Below, piece after piece: positions 20,107-31,940 of a stretch of DNA of 64,000 bases (positions within the stretch are counted from its first letter, which is position 1; each line of letters starts with the position of its first letter). Position numbers and translations under genes: made by a program. The stretch is from Octopus sinensis (Eukaryota). Where the stretch lies: contig NC_042999.1 of NCBI RefSeq assembly GCF_006345805.1, positions 129,828,001 to 129,892,000 of the forward strand, given 5' to 3'. The notes beneath the pieces were generated by a model that saw only the letters and a program-made list of their open reading frames with translations, had not been told where the DNA came from and did no database searches.

Positions 20107-20150
20107 CTTTTAATCTGTTGGTTTGGTTTAGTCTCTTGATGCTGGGCCAT
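20107..20150 (-). CDS. Probable first coding exon of the CNBD gene (MAQHQETKPNQQIK-R)
   Basis: ATG preceded by an in-frame TAG; donor AAG|GTAATG; ends in phase 2, matching the phase-2 start of exon 12702-12955. No homology support. Confidence 0.45.
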
Positions 20151-21589
20151 TTCTGTCAGGTGTAATTGCAGCTATTTTGTTGTTGATGCAGGATTTTCTA
20201 TGTAAACTAATCCAGTATTCAGTGTAAATGATGTATGTAATTATCTTAATACAACTAAATATCTATTTCAGTTATTTTCTTTCTTTAGTCCCCAGACAAT
20301 TTGTGTCGAAGGAAGTTGTCTCCAAGACATTCAACCTTAGTTTATTACAGATACTTATTTTTACTAACTGGGAAGAATGAAAGGAAATGTCAACCTTATA
20401 GGTAAAATATTGTGGCTACAAGTTATAGCAGTGACAGTTCATACATTGATAGTTCTTCATTTTTCTTTCTCTATTGTTTATTTGGTTTGTTAAATCCTTT
20501 ATTTTGACTGTGCTAATATTAGCTACAAAGAAAACTGAAACTAGAACCTAATCATGTCCTCTACTCAGAGTCTATTGCATAAGAATGGTTTAATGGACAG
20601 GTTCAGCTGAAATCAATATAGGTGTTTGTCTTACTTTTAATCTGTGTTAAAAACAGTTGCTTTGTCAATCTGCTTTGATTGAAGGTTATTGAAAGACAGA
20701 GTGATTCAATGAAAACAACAGTTAAAAGTGTAAAAAGTTGTTAAAAAAAAGTAGCTTGGTTGGTGAATGAGTGTGGGTTACACTATCATTTATGCTTTTC
20801 TTTAAACTCTATACAACTGTCTCAGTATGATGTATAATTTGCTTGTTGGGGAATGTCAGCATGTTCTGGATAAGTCTCATGGAGGCATTTTAAGATATAT
20901 ATTTTGCTAAATTTTAAGGGACAGTTGTAAGATTGGACATGCTTTACATTCTTTACAGAACAAGCTGATAATTCCATTTTTCTGTTGGAGTGTATGTGTT
21001 TAGGTGTGTGTATGATTGTGTGTGAGGTATGTGGATGGGTGGGGGTGCATGTATTATCTACAATAACATGTATTGGATTAGTCTGCTTAACAAACTGACA
21101 TGTTGATTTGTTCTAAGCTCCTTCTGACAACTAATACTACTCACTTGATGATGATGATGATGATGATGACAATGACGACAACGATGATGATAGTGATGAC
21201 ATCAGCAATGACCATGATCATGCTACTGGTTACAAAGCTTAAAACCCTCACTGTTTCTCCAGCGGCGTTAATAGAATTAGCGTTACCCACCGCTTGTGGC
21301 CAAACCAGCTGAGAATCAGATTCATTAACCAACATGATTTCATTCCCATTCTCCGCTCATTTAATTACATACATACCCATACACAGAGTGGATCTCATTA
21401 TTTTTAGCTACTTCTCTTTGGTTCCTCTGCAGCTTCTGACAATTTGCTCTTGGAAGGTGTTTTCTGTTACCCTTTGTAGCTAGTCTAAGAATTATGAGCA
21501 TTGGGTGTCCAACAAATTGTGTCTAATAGCTACCTACTCCACTATTTTTATTTTCACAGAGTTCAGATATGTGTGTGTGTTTGTGTGTG

Positions 21590-21640
<51 letters not shown>

Positions 21641-22929
21641 ATGTGTGTGTGTGTGTGTGTGCGCGCGCATGTGTGTGTGTGTGTGTAGAAAATAGATATA
21701 TATATATAGAGAAGTGGGGGAGAGATGTATAGTATTTTATTGAAGCTGAAAAGACTTCACTGTTACTTAGTTTTGCATAACCAATCATAAGACAGTATTT
21801 ATGAACAATGCTATAGTTTATAAATGTATATAAATGGTGCGGTGGCAGATATTTAGCAAATCATCAAATAAACATTTAAAGCTGGCTGCACAGAGTATTA
21901 TTATTTTTCAAAATAATGGGAATTTGTTGGATGAATAAATGATTGGCCAGAAAAGCATAACATCATAAGTGAGTTGAAATTGAATTAAAATTGAATAACA
22001 CAAATCATCAATATGCATAGAAATAGATATAATAAATACTATGAGGGAAAAGTTCTTTTAGAATTCAAGAGTATACAAAAAAATGTTGCAAGAGATAAAA
22101 ATTGAAATTTAAAATTAAGACACAAGTAAAAGTTAAGGGCAAAAATAAATAAATGTATAAGCTTACTATAAATATGGGGGATCTGCAGGTATGGAAAGAA
22201 GAGGAAGGGAGGAAAATGATGATTGGGGAAGAAAAATGGAAGAGAGTAAAAAAATAAAGGAAAAATAGTAAGAAGTATAAAAATGAGAAGAGGTATGATC
22301 TAAGTTAAAAGATACTAGTAGTTACAACTGACAACTTGTATCAAATATAGAGTGACAAAAACCCAGGAATGAAGTGGAAGCGATTAAAAAGCATGCAATA
22401 GATAAATAAATTTGATAGATAGAGACATAAAGATATGAAAAAAGCAGAGACAAAACCATGGACACACAGACACAGGAAAAATGCCAATCAAAATAAATAG
22501 AAAAAACTCAATTATGAAATATATAAGAACATTAAAAAAAATCTGCGTAGGAATATGTAAATAAATTAATCTACCAAATAACTTCAATAAAGGGTAAAGA
22601 CCCCCTTTAGTCATGAATGACCATGGAATTGTATAAGGTTGTTTATGGAAGACCAACAGTCTGATACAGCTTGACACTAGTGACATTGCAACTCATTCGT
22701 ACAGCTGAGTGAACTGGAGCCATGTAAAATGAAGTGTCTTGCTCAAGAATGCAACACACAGCCTGGTCTGTGAATTGAACTCACTACATCGTGATTGTGA
22801 GCCCAATGCTCTAACCATTGAGTTGTGCACCTTCAATAACTTCAATACAGGAGTAATAACTTTTTTTTTAAATGAGTAATCAAGTAAAATATAAAAGCAA
22901 TAACAAAAACATAATAAACATGTGTAACC

Positions 22930-25100
22930 TGTACAATATTAAGTTACAAAGATGTCTCAACTTTTCTGCTGTGACATCCTCATGTTTAACCAGGTCTGCA
23001 GTTATCTTGTCTATCTCTGTTGTCTTGTTGTTCTTCAGGCAATAAATGGCTTTGACACCTTTTACCATTGAGAGGCCCTCATCTGTCCCCTTCAACTGAT
23101 CCATCAAGGGCCTCCGTCATATGATGTCAAAGAGATTGACTGTGTCTGACCAGTTCATAACTTATTCTTTTTACTCTTTTACTTGTTTCAGTCATTTAAC
23201 TGTGGCCATGCTGGAGCACCGCCTTTAGTTAAGCAAATCAATCCCAGGACTTATTCTTTGTAAACCTAGTACTTATTCAATCGGTCTCTTTTGCCGAACC
23301 ACTAAGTTATGGGGATGTAAACACACCAGCATCGGTTGTCAAGCAATGTTGGGGGGACAAACACAGACACACAGACATATACACAAACATACATATATAT
23401 ATATATATATGACGGGCTTCTATAAGTTTCCATCTACCAAATCCACTCACAAGGCTTTGGTCGGCCCGAGGCTATAGTAGAAAACACTTGCCCAAGGTGC
23501 CATGCAGTGGGACTGAACCCAGAACCATGTGGTTGGTAAGCAAGCTATACCACACAGCCACCTCTATGCCTCTAATTTCTTGAAAATGTTATACTGACCC
23601 GATTAAGTGTTCTATGTTTGTTACCACCATCTGATCATCCTTACACTAAAGTGGTACACATAAACCACTTCTTGCTCCTCTCAGCTTTCATGTTTCTGTA
23701 CAGACATCTGGTGCCATTTCTCTTTGTTGCTTCTTCTGCCTCCTTGCCCATCTCCTTGATCTATATCTTCTTGACTCCCTACAGCTCCTTTTTATGTACT
23801 TGTTTTGGTGTCTATCCTCACTGTCTTGTTGTTTCCATGTCTGCACATCCTTCACTTGGTTTCCTTTGCTTTTTATTTCTTTCTTCTCATCAATCAGGTT
23901 TCATTAGGGTGTGGGGATCCATAATGCCAGAATGTTGCCCTACCTGTGTGCAAATACTGCATTAGCTCTAAATGTGATGACCTGTTGAAAATGAATCCAT
24001 TGTTTCTAATAATCAAACCCTCTCTCTGAAACTTAAAAATTCTTTTTAATTGTCTCAATGAATTTAGTCAAAGTTTTCACTTGCTTGAGAGCCTCCTTTA
24101 TGTTAGGCTACTCTGTCTTTGCCGTCAGTATCCTCTTCAACTTCAAGTACATTCAAGCAATCACTACATTGTGGTCTGGACTAACATTTGCTCCACTGAA
24201 GATATGTACATCTGGCTAGGAGACTGTCAACAAGTATTAATGCAAATGTAAGTTTAATTTCTGAATTTACTACACAGTGAAGTCTGTGATGTCTTGTAGA
24301 TATGCTTCAGAATTAAGAATGGGGTACTAAAACTGCAGAAGATAATCAACACCAGAATCTTCCTACCATTCTTTGTTGTACAGTTGGTTAAGCCATGAAG
24401 CCTCATGATCAGGAATAACTTGTGTCTGTTATTCTTCAGTTGAGCTTTGAAGTTACTTATTGATGTTATACCATAGAATGTTGTTGAGGAAATTCTGCAA
24501 GTGGTTATCAAACACTTCGTTATCTTCTTGTGTTGCAACCTCTTGGGGTAAGTTTGCACAACCTTTACTTTGGCATGCCTAGTGATGGCCTTCACTGTGA
24601 TAATCTGGTCATTTACTGGTCGCTATCCAATTAGTGCATACTCACTCCAGATGATGCCAGCATCTCCAGTATGATGATTTTTGTGACCAGGGTGTAAAAC
24701 TGTCTTATCTTCACTTCTGATGCATTTTTGGCTGATCCAGTGTGTCCTGCTGGTGCCCAGGATATCAATGCATTAAATGCCCATCTCTTGTATCACTTGC
24801 TTCAACTGTTATGCTTCAAAACAGTGTACAGACATTCCAAGTAGTCAATCTTGAGTTCTTAGCACTCAAAATATTACTTACATCTAAATGTCCTTTCAAC
24901 TCTGATTTGACACCCATCACAGATGCATCAGCAGATGTGATGTTTCCTTGCTGGATTGTTAATGAATGGTTGAAGCTGCTCGTCATTTCTGTGGAAATTG
25001 AGTATTTAAAGCAAGGTACTCACCTTAAATTCCATCCATCCATCCTCCTTTCTCAACAACAGCCCCAGACCAGTTATGCCAAATGTCAAATCCGGGGTCT
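22930..25100 (-). mobile_element. Highly decayed RTE-type LINE (APE and start of RT), interrupted by a SINE
   Basis: Fragments HAKVKVVQTYP (APE VIQVYAP-like) and VKAIYCLKNNKTTEIDKITADLVK...AEKLRHLCNLI (pre-RT L.NNKA.G.D.ITAE motif). Boundaries approximate. Confidence 0.55.
23160..23566 (-). mobile_element. SINE family A, near full length
   Basis: Same as 418-815. Confidence 0.85.
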
Positions 25101-26777
25101 CAAAGAAAAGGGGAAATCTGTAACCCAAGACAGAGGCTCATTTCAGATGCTGTCAGCTAGAGCCAACTGAACTTTGAGTTCATATAAAGTAGTCATCACA
25201 TCTTGTAGTAATGACAGCAGTCACTCTCCACTACCTGATCCTAACATCCCATATCCACAATTAAGTTGAAGATTGTAAATCTAATAATATTCTCTGCAAG
25301 TTGACAAAACGTACTACTGCTTACAACAGTGAGGATTTCTACTATAATTATATTTAAAGAGTACAGTAGAGAAGAAATAACTCACTTATATAAGCAGATG
25401 TAGCAATGTCAACCTGAGAAGCATTTCATTAGATTTACAATCTTCAACTCAACTGTGAAAGTATGAAAGAGACAAAGTCAAGTGGTTTTTCCCTTGTATA
25501 TATAGTTTTTTACTTTATTTCATGGCCATTTTGTCAAAATCTGTCTAAACTATTAACGTGTCGTTGAAAATAATTGCTTGATCATTGCTTTTTACTGCTT
25601 TTTCCTCTTTTTGCAGTACTTCTGTTACTTTCTAATGCTAACTTAACTGCAAATTTCACATCATTTAAAGAATTTGAGTGAGAAAGGTTTCATTTACTTT
25701 GCTATGTGTAATTTTGGTAGTTGGATAACTTTACCTGGTAATGTATAAGGAACTTGGGAATGTAGGATGTTTACACAGCAGCCCATGTAAGAAGTGGAAG
25801 GGAATAAATGATGTTTACCCACAAACTTATTTTAAGCTAGAATTGTTGATATTTACTTTGTAATATATTTAGCTCTTGAGATGGGTGATGTATAACAAGT
25901 AACATATAATATCAATGATGTATTGAAATACATTAGAAGTACAGTTATCATCAGGTAAAATGTAACAAGGTTTATAGTTCTAGTAGATTATCAAAAAATT
26001 CAAGCAAAACACTTCATTTTTTTCTTGTGTGTTTATGTAAGGGTAGGATAGTTATTGAGTCATCATTTAATGATACTAAAGAAACTATGACTAGGCCAAA
26101 CATATTTTTTAATTCTTGTGCAAAAGAAACACAACAAAATGCACCAATTTGATATTATTTTAAAATCTTTGAGAGAACTTACCTGAAGTTAATTTCTGTA
26201 TTAACTACTTTCAAGCAACCATTACATACTTCCCTAGTTATCTCATACACATTGAACAAGTGAATAATACAAACTCATATTTCTTTCATGCTTACTTTCA
26301 TAGATATGAACTTGTCATAATTACAAGGATTATATGTCAATTTTATCATAATCCTGAGTAGGAGTTATTGATTCGTTACTGGATACTTTTGTATTTGTTA
26401 TCACATTCCTATTCTTTATTTACTCATCCTGACATTTTCTAGATTAGAAACTTCATTATAGAAAAGACTTGTTTATTTAATTTTGTATCATTGAGTGCAT
26501 AGTCTTTGCATCTTTTATTCTATGTTGTTTTCTTTTTTGTTTTTCTGTTTTTGCTTTATAGTTGATGCATTATTTATCATATTTTGAAACTGAGGTGGTT
26601 TAATAACTGAATGAAGGACTATTGGAATGACATTTTTGACAGGTTACTGAGAGAAACAAACATTCAACAACATTCAAATTAAGCAATTAGATACTAGATG
26701 GTATGTTGTTTCTTTAACTTGTCAAAAGATTAGAAATGAATTTTAAATAGAAGCCACACACACACACATGCATATAT

Positions 26778-26955
26778 AATATTCCACTCTTACAAACCAC
26801 AGTACATCATAAAGTACTCCTCACCTATGGTGCCACGTGCATCATATATATTCCACACTTATGAGCCTATACACATCATAAAGTATTTCACCCCTATGAG
26901 CTTATACACCTCATAAAATATTCCACTCTTATGAATTCATACACATCATTAGGTA
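26778..26955. repeat. Degenerate ~33-35-bp minisatellite (ATATTCCACTCTTATGAGCCTATACACATCATAAAG)
   Basis: About five imperfect units visible. Confidence 0.65.
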
Positions 26956-27368
26956 CTGTATTATAATATTATAAACACTTAGGAAGTTTCATATATCACA
27001 GGTAATATACCAAAGTTATTTATCAAACTTTAAATAGAATGGTGCTGGTGCCACTTAAAAAACATCCAGTATGCTCTGTAAAGTGGTTGGCATTAGGAAG
27101 GGCATCCAGCTGTAAAAACCATGCCAAAACCGATAGCTGGAGAGTAACGTGGTGATACTCCCTGTCTTGTCAGCTCCTGCCAAACTGTCCAACTCGTGCC
27201 AGCATGAAAATCAAACATTAAAGGGTGATGATGGTGGTGGTGGTGGTGGTGGTGGTGGTGATGATGATGGTGATGATGATGAGGAGGAGGAGGAGGAGGA
27301 GGGGGCGAGAGGAGGAAGAGAGGAACGACGATGATGACAACAACAATGACAACAGCAACAACAACAAG

Positions 27369-27972
27369 CTATAGACTGTGATTGCAAATCATTGGTTGAA
27401 GCGATAGACAACCCGTTCCCCCTAGACCCGACAATTAGAGAATTGCAACAAACAGCAGCCCTTGTAGCAGCTGGCAAGATTTTGATGGTGATCTGGGTGC
27501 CGGGCCATTGCAACCTCTATGGCAATGAACTCGCAGATATGTAGGTGAAATGCGACTCGGCACTGCCACAACATGATGCCGCCATCGATATAGCCATTCA
27601 TCAGGCAGTTATTCGTCAAACATTCCAACCAGCACCAATTCAACACCCCCGTCTGAAGGCTGTCTTCACGAAGAAGCCGGATGAAAGAACCAAAGCAGCC
27701 CTCTCGAAGGCAGACTTCACAGACATGATACACTTCTGTAGTGGTCATCATCCGGCACTCAGGCAGTGGCAAAAGATGGCAGGATGCAGCAACACAGATC
27801 AATGCAGACTCTGTAATGAAGAGGTGGAATCTGCAGAACATCTCTGGCTGAGATGTCCGGCCCTGATGGTGGAACACTATATCTGATGATGAGATGATTC
27901 ATCTCCCTTTCACAACTCTGGCATTTCTGAGAGTTATTCTCAGGCACTTGAGGTGACCAACAACAACAACAA
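27369..27972 (+). mobile_element. 5'-truncated RNase H-bearing non-LTR retrotransposon (I/Ingi/LOA-like group)
   Basis: DCKSLVEAI...VIWVPGHCNLYGNELAD (RNase H C-terminal half), CRLCNEEVESAEHLWLRCPAL (CCHC knuckle), (CAA)n tail; (CAA)-rich left flank. Confidence 0.8.
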
Positions 27973-29005
27973 CAGTAACAATGACAATGACGACAACAAA
28001 TATGACGATGATGAAATGGATTACATCTCAACACAGTCAAATCACACAATTTTGGATAACTTCCATGTTACACTACTTACCTACCTGTCAATACAGTCAG
28101 AGTCATGAGTACAGCAAAAATGTATGCCACTAAAACTGGTGCCTGTTTTAAATGAAAATAGTTTACTGATAGTGGTCTTGTCAATCAATGTTTCAGATAG
28201 AACATTTTTGCTACTATTGCAGTGCAAGTCAAAAATTATACAAAAAAAAAAGCTAACCCAAACAATGGACTATTCAAAGCATTATACTATTATAAAAAGC
28301 AAGAATAATTTCTTATTGAGAGAGCTCTTCCACTCACTTTTGTAAATTGCTGTGTTTCTTATAAAGTTTTGCATAATCCTATTTTGAATTGTTTCTCATT
28401 TAAAAGAGCCTTAAAGGCAGCAAGCTCGCAGAATTGTCAGTACACTAGGTAAAATGCATAGCGGCATTTCATCTGTCTTTACATTTTGAGTTTATATTCC
28501 ACTGAGGTTGACTTTGACTTTTATACTTTCAGGGTCAATAAAATATGTACCAGTTAAACACTGAGGTCAATGTAATTGTCTTATCCTCTCCTGTGAAATT
28601 ACTGGCCTTGTGCCAAAATTTGAAATCATTATTCAGAGCCATTCCTTTCAGCAAGATACAACATTATCTGTTTTTCAACCAATTGTTAACAAAGTAGACA
28701 GTGCCAATAGATTGGACACAAACATGTAACATCAACAAATGTACAATCTTGTTCATTTACTTAGTGATTCTTTCATCACTATTTTGGTAATCATCAAAAA
28801 ATTGGAAGACAAGCAATTGGGTTGTTGGAAACTTATTTTATTTTATTTTATTTTACTTGTCTCAGTCATTAGACTGACCATGCTCAGGCATCACTTTGAA
28901 AAATTTTTTAGTCATGCAAATTGACCCCAATACTTATTTTGTTTTTTAAGACTGGTACTTATTCTTTCATCCTCTTTTGCTGAACTGCTAAGTAACGGGG
29001 GCATG

Positions 29006-29870
29006 CAGGGTGCAGTGAATAAATTGTCATCTAAATTACACAAAAATGAAAATAACACTGATATCTCATTTTAACAGATGCATTTACCAAAATTACATAA
29101 AAATATCTTGAAATACTAAAGAGTAAATTTATTCAATAAAATCGCCATTGGCTTCAACCATGGACTTCGGAATCTCCTGTCACTCTTCTACATGGTCTCC
29201 TTGTTTAAGCTGGTGAATGCTGCCATAATCCTTACCTTCAGTTCATCTTTGGTATTACAAGGAGTTTTGTTGGTCTCTCACTCAACTGCCCTCATACATA
29301 ATAATCAAGGCGGTTGCAAGCTGGGGAGTTAGGTAGCCAGGTGTTAGGGGTGGTGTAGTCGCAGAAATTGTCTAACAGTCATGTCTGGGTTCTCCTGCTT
29401 GTGTGGCATGGTGCTCAGTCCTGTTTCCAGACATAGGGTCTTCCAGTAGCCACTCTCTTGACCTAGGGCAGCATTACCTCCTCCAGGTACTTGATGTAGA
29501 CCTCTGTATTGAGTCTGAGGCCATGTGGGTAGATGGATGGTAGCATAACATTGTCATCACTAGTGATCACTCTAAAACACAATGGTGTTGACTGGATGTT
29601 TGATTTTTATCACTCTTGGTACATGTTTTGGGGACATAGCACAAGCCAACAGTTATTCTGTATGTTTGCCATCAGATCCTGGCAGAAATTTTACTCATCT
29701 GAGAAAAACCAAAACATGTTCAGTTGGAACTTGAGTTTGTACAAAAACTTTGTAGCATGGTCTTTCCTCTTGTCCTTGATTGCTTGTGATAAAAATTGGC
29801 CCTTTCTCAACTTTCATGAGGAATACCAAACGTCTTCATGTACTACCAAGGATCAGCCCTCAGCCCCCTC
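29006..29870 (-). mobile_element. maT-type (DD37D) Tc1/mariner transposon fossil
   Basis: Minus-strand FWFFSDE, YVWKQD*APCHTS and WLPNSPACNRLDYYV (SPDxNPLDY type); terminus CAGGGTG at 29006. Confidence 0.75.
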
Positions 29871-29882
29871 TTATTCCTCATA

Positions 29883-31432
29883 GTCCTCCAGGCAACAGCA
29901 GAGGAATTCAAGACAAGTTGCCCCTGAGAGCTCCTCTATGCTGATGACCTTGCAGGATCACTACCAGAACTACAGCAGAAATTTCAGATGTGGAAGCAAG
30001 GTTTAGAATCGAAGGGTTGCAAAAACCAAAGTGTTAGTAAATAGGAAGGTGAACACATCATGAGCTCCTTCAGGTAGATAGCCCTGCCCAATCTGTAGAA
30101 AAGGTGTAGGTAGCAATTCCATAAGATGTACCCAGTGTTAGCTATGGATGCATAAGAGGTGCAGCAGCCTCAAATGAAGGTTAACCAAGATAATAGCTTT
30201 TGTATGCAGCAGATGCACAGGCGCAATAAACATTGCAGATGCTCAGAAAATGGATTCCATCACATGCCAGGAGGAGAAACTAGAAGTAGCTGATAGCTTC
30301 CTCTACCTAGGTGACCAAGTCTGTAGTGGGGAGTGGATGCTCAGAGAGCATTGCCACTTGAATAAGAATAGCCTGGGCAAAGTTCAGAAAGCTCCTACCT
30401 CTACTGGTGATAAAGGGCCTCTTGCTCAGAGTGAAAAGTAGATTTATGATGCATATGTGCAAACATCCATGCTACACAGCAGTGAAACATGGACCATGAC
30501 TGCTGAGGACATGCGTAGGCTTGAAAGAAATGAAGCTAGTATGATCTGATGTATGTAGTATGTAATGTCAGTGTGCACACACAACAGAGTTTAAGCACCC
30601 TGAGAGAAATGTTGGACATAAGAAGCATCAGGTGTAGTGTGCAAGAGAAATGACTGCACTGGTATGGTAATGTGCTATGTATGGATGAGGAGAGCTGTGT
30701 GAAGAAGTGTCGCACCTTAACAGTGGAAGGAACCCATGGAAGAGAGAAACCCAGGAAGACATGGGATGAGGTGGTGAAGCATGACCTTTGAACGTTGGGC
30801 CTCACAGAGGCAATGACAAAAGACCGAGACCTTTGGAGATATGCTGTGATTGAGAAGACCTGGCAAGTAAATTGAGATCACAGCCATAGCTTGTACCAGT
30901 GTCGCATAACCAGCCCATCTAAAATGTACCTTTGAATCATTGGGTGACACGCTGTGCTTAAGAAGACCTTTGAGTCAAGTAAAATCAAAAATCAAAAATC
31001 AAAATCAAAAATGGAAATTGTAGTTGTGGCTGATGCCAGTGCCGCCTGACTGGCTCTCATGCTGGTGGCATGCAATAAGCAACATTCATGTGTGGGTCAT
31101 TGCCAGTGCTGCCTGACTGGTGCCCCGTGCCAGTGACATGTAAAAAGCATCATGTGAACGTAGTCGCCAGTGCCGCCTGACTGGCTCCTGTGCCGGCAGC
31201 ACATAAAAAGCACCATCCGAACGTGGCTGATGCCACTGCTACCTGACTGGCTCCTGTGCCAGTGGAATGTAAAAAGTACCCACTACACTCTCAGACTGGT
31301 TGACATTAGGAAGGGAATCCAGCTGTAGAAACCTTGCCAGATCAGATTGGAGCCTGGTGTGGCCTCTTGGCTTGCCAGTCCCCAGTCAAACTGTTCAACC
31401 CATGCCAGCATGGAAAACGGACGTTAAACGAT
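29883..31432 (+). mobile_element. 5'-truncated RTE-clade LINE (RT C-terminal half + 3' UTR)
   Basis: ELLYADDL, a Cys-rich insert (P.CRKGVGSNSIRCTQC..W.HKRCS), SFLYLGD, ...SETW...RRLERNEAS and RPRKTWDEVVKHDL, with stops. The 3' UTR has GTGCCGGTGGCACGTAAAAAGCACC-type repeats and an AACCCATGCCAGCATGGAAAACGGACGTTAAACGATGATG tail. Confidence 0.85.
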
Positions 31433-31549
31433 GATGATGATCATGATCATGATGATGATCATGATCATGATGATGATCATGATCATGATGATGATCACTC
31501 ATTTTCATCGCTCAACATTTATGCATATATGTAAATATATATCTATATA

Positions 31550-31597
<48 letters not shown>

Positions 31598-31605
<8 letters not shown>

Positions 31606-31940
31606 AAAGGGCTTAGTAAAATAAATTACTTTGCCACATACTGAACTCATTAGAAATAGTAGCTAAAAAAACTTTTTTAAAACTATTTCTAATAGTTCTG
31701 AGCTGACGAAAGAAATGTCGAGTTGACTAATCTAGAAACGTACGTTCTCAAATAACCTTTGCATTTGATTTTTTAATGTCTTTACCCCCATACTTTCGTG
31801 AGTTGAATTGAGCAAACACTATATGAGAGAGATTTTCTTTAAGTATTAGAAATAGTTTTAAAAAAGTTTTTTTAGCTACTATTTCTAATGAGTTCAGTAT
31901 GTGGCAAAGTAATTTATTTTACTAAGCCCTTTTATATAAT
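31598..31940. mobile_element. MITE with perfect 97-bp TIRs in a (TA)n tract
   Basis: 31598-31694 is the exact reverse complement of 31844-31940; 149-bp non-coding spacer. Confidence 0.85.

Noticed and set aside
21215-21315. GC-richer hairpin (AGCGG...CCGCT) with a CTGA as a C/D snoRNA or miRNA
   Set aside because: No canonical C box or terminal stem and the hairpin is short; not supportable without a covariance search.
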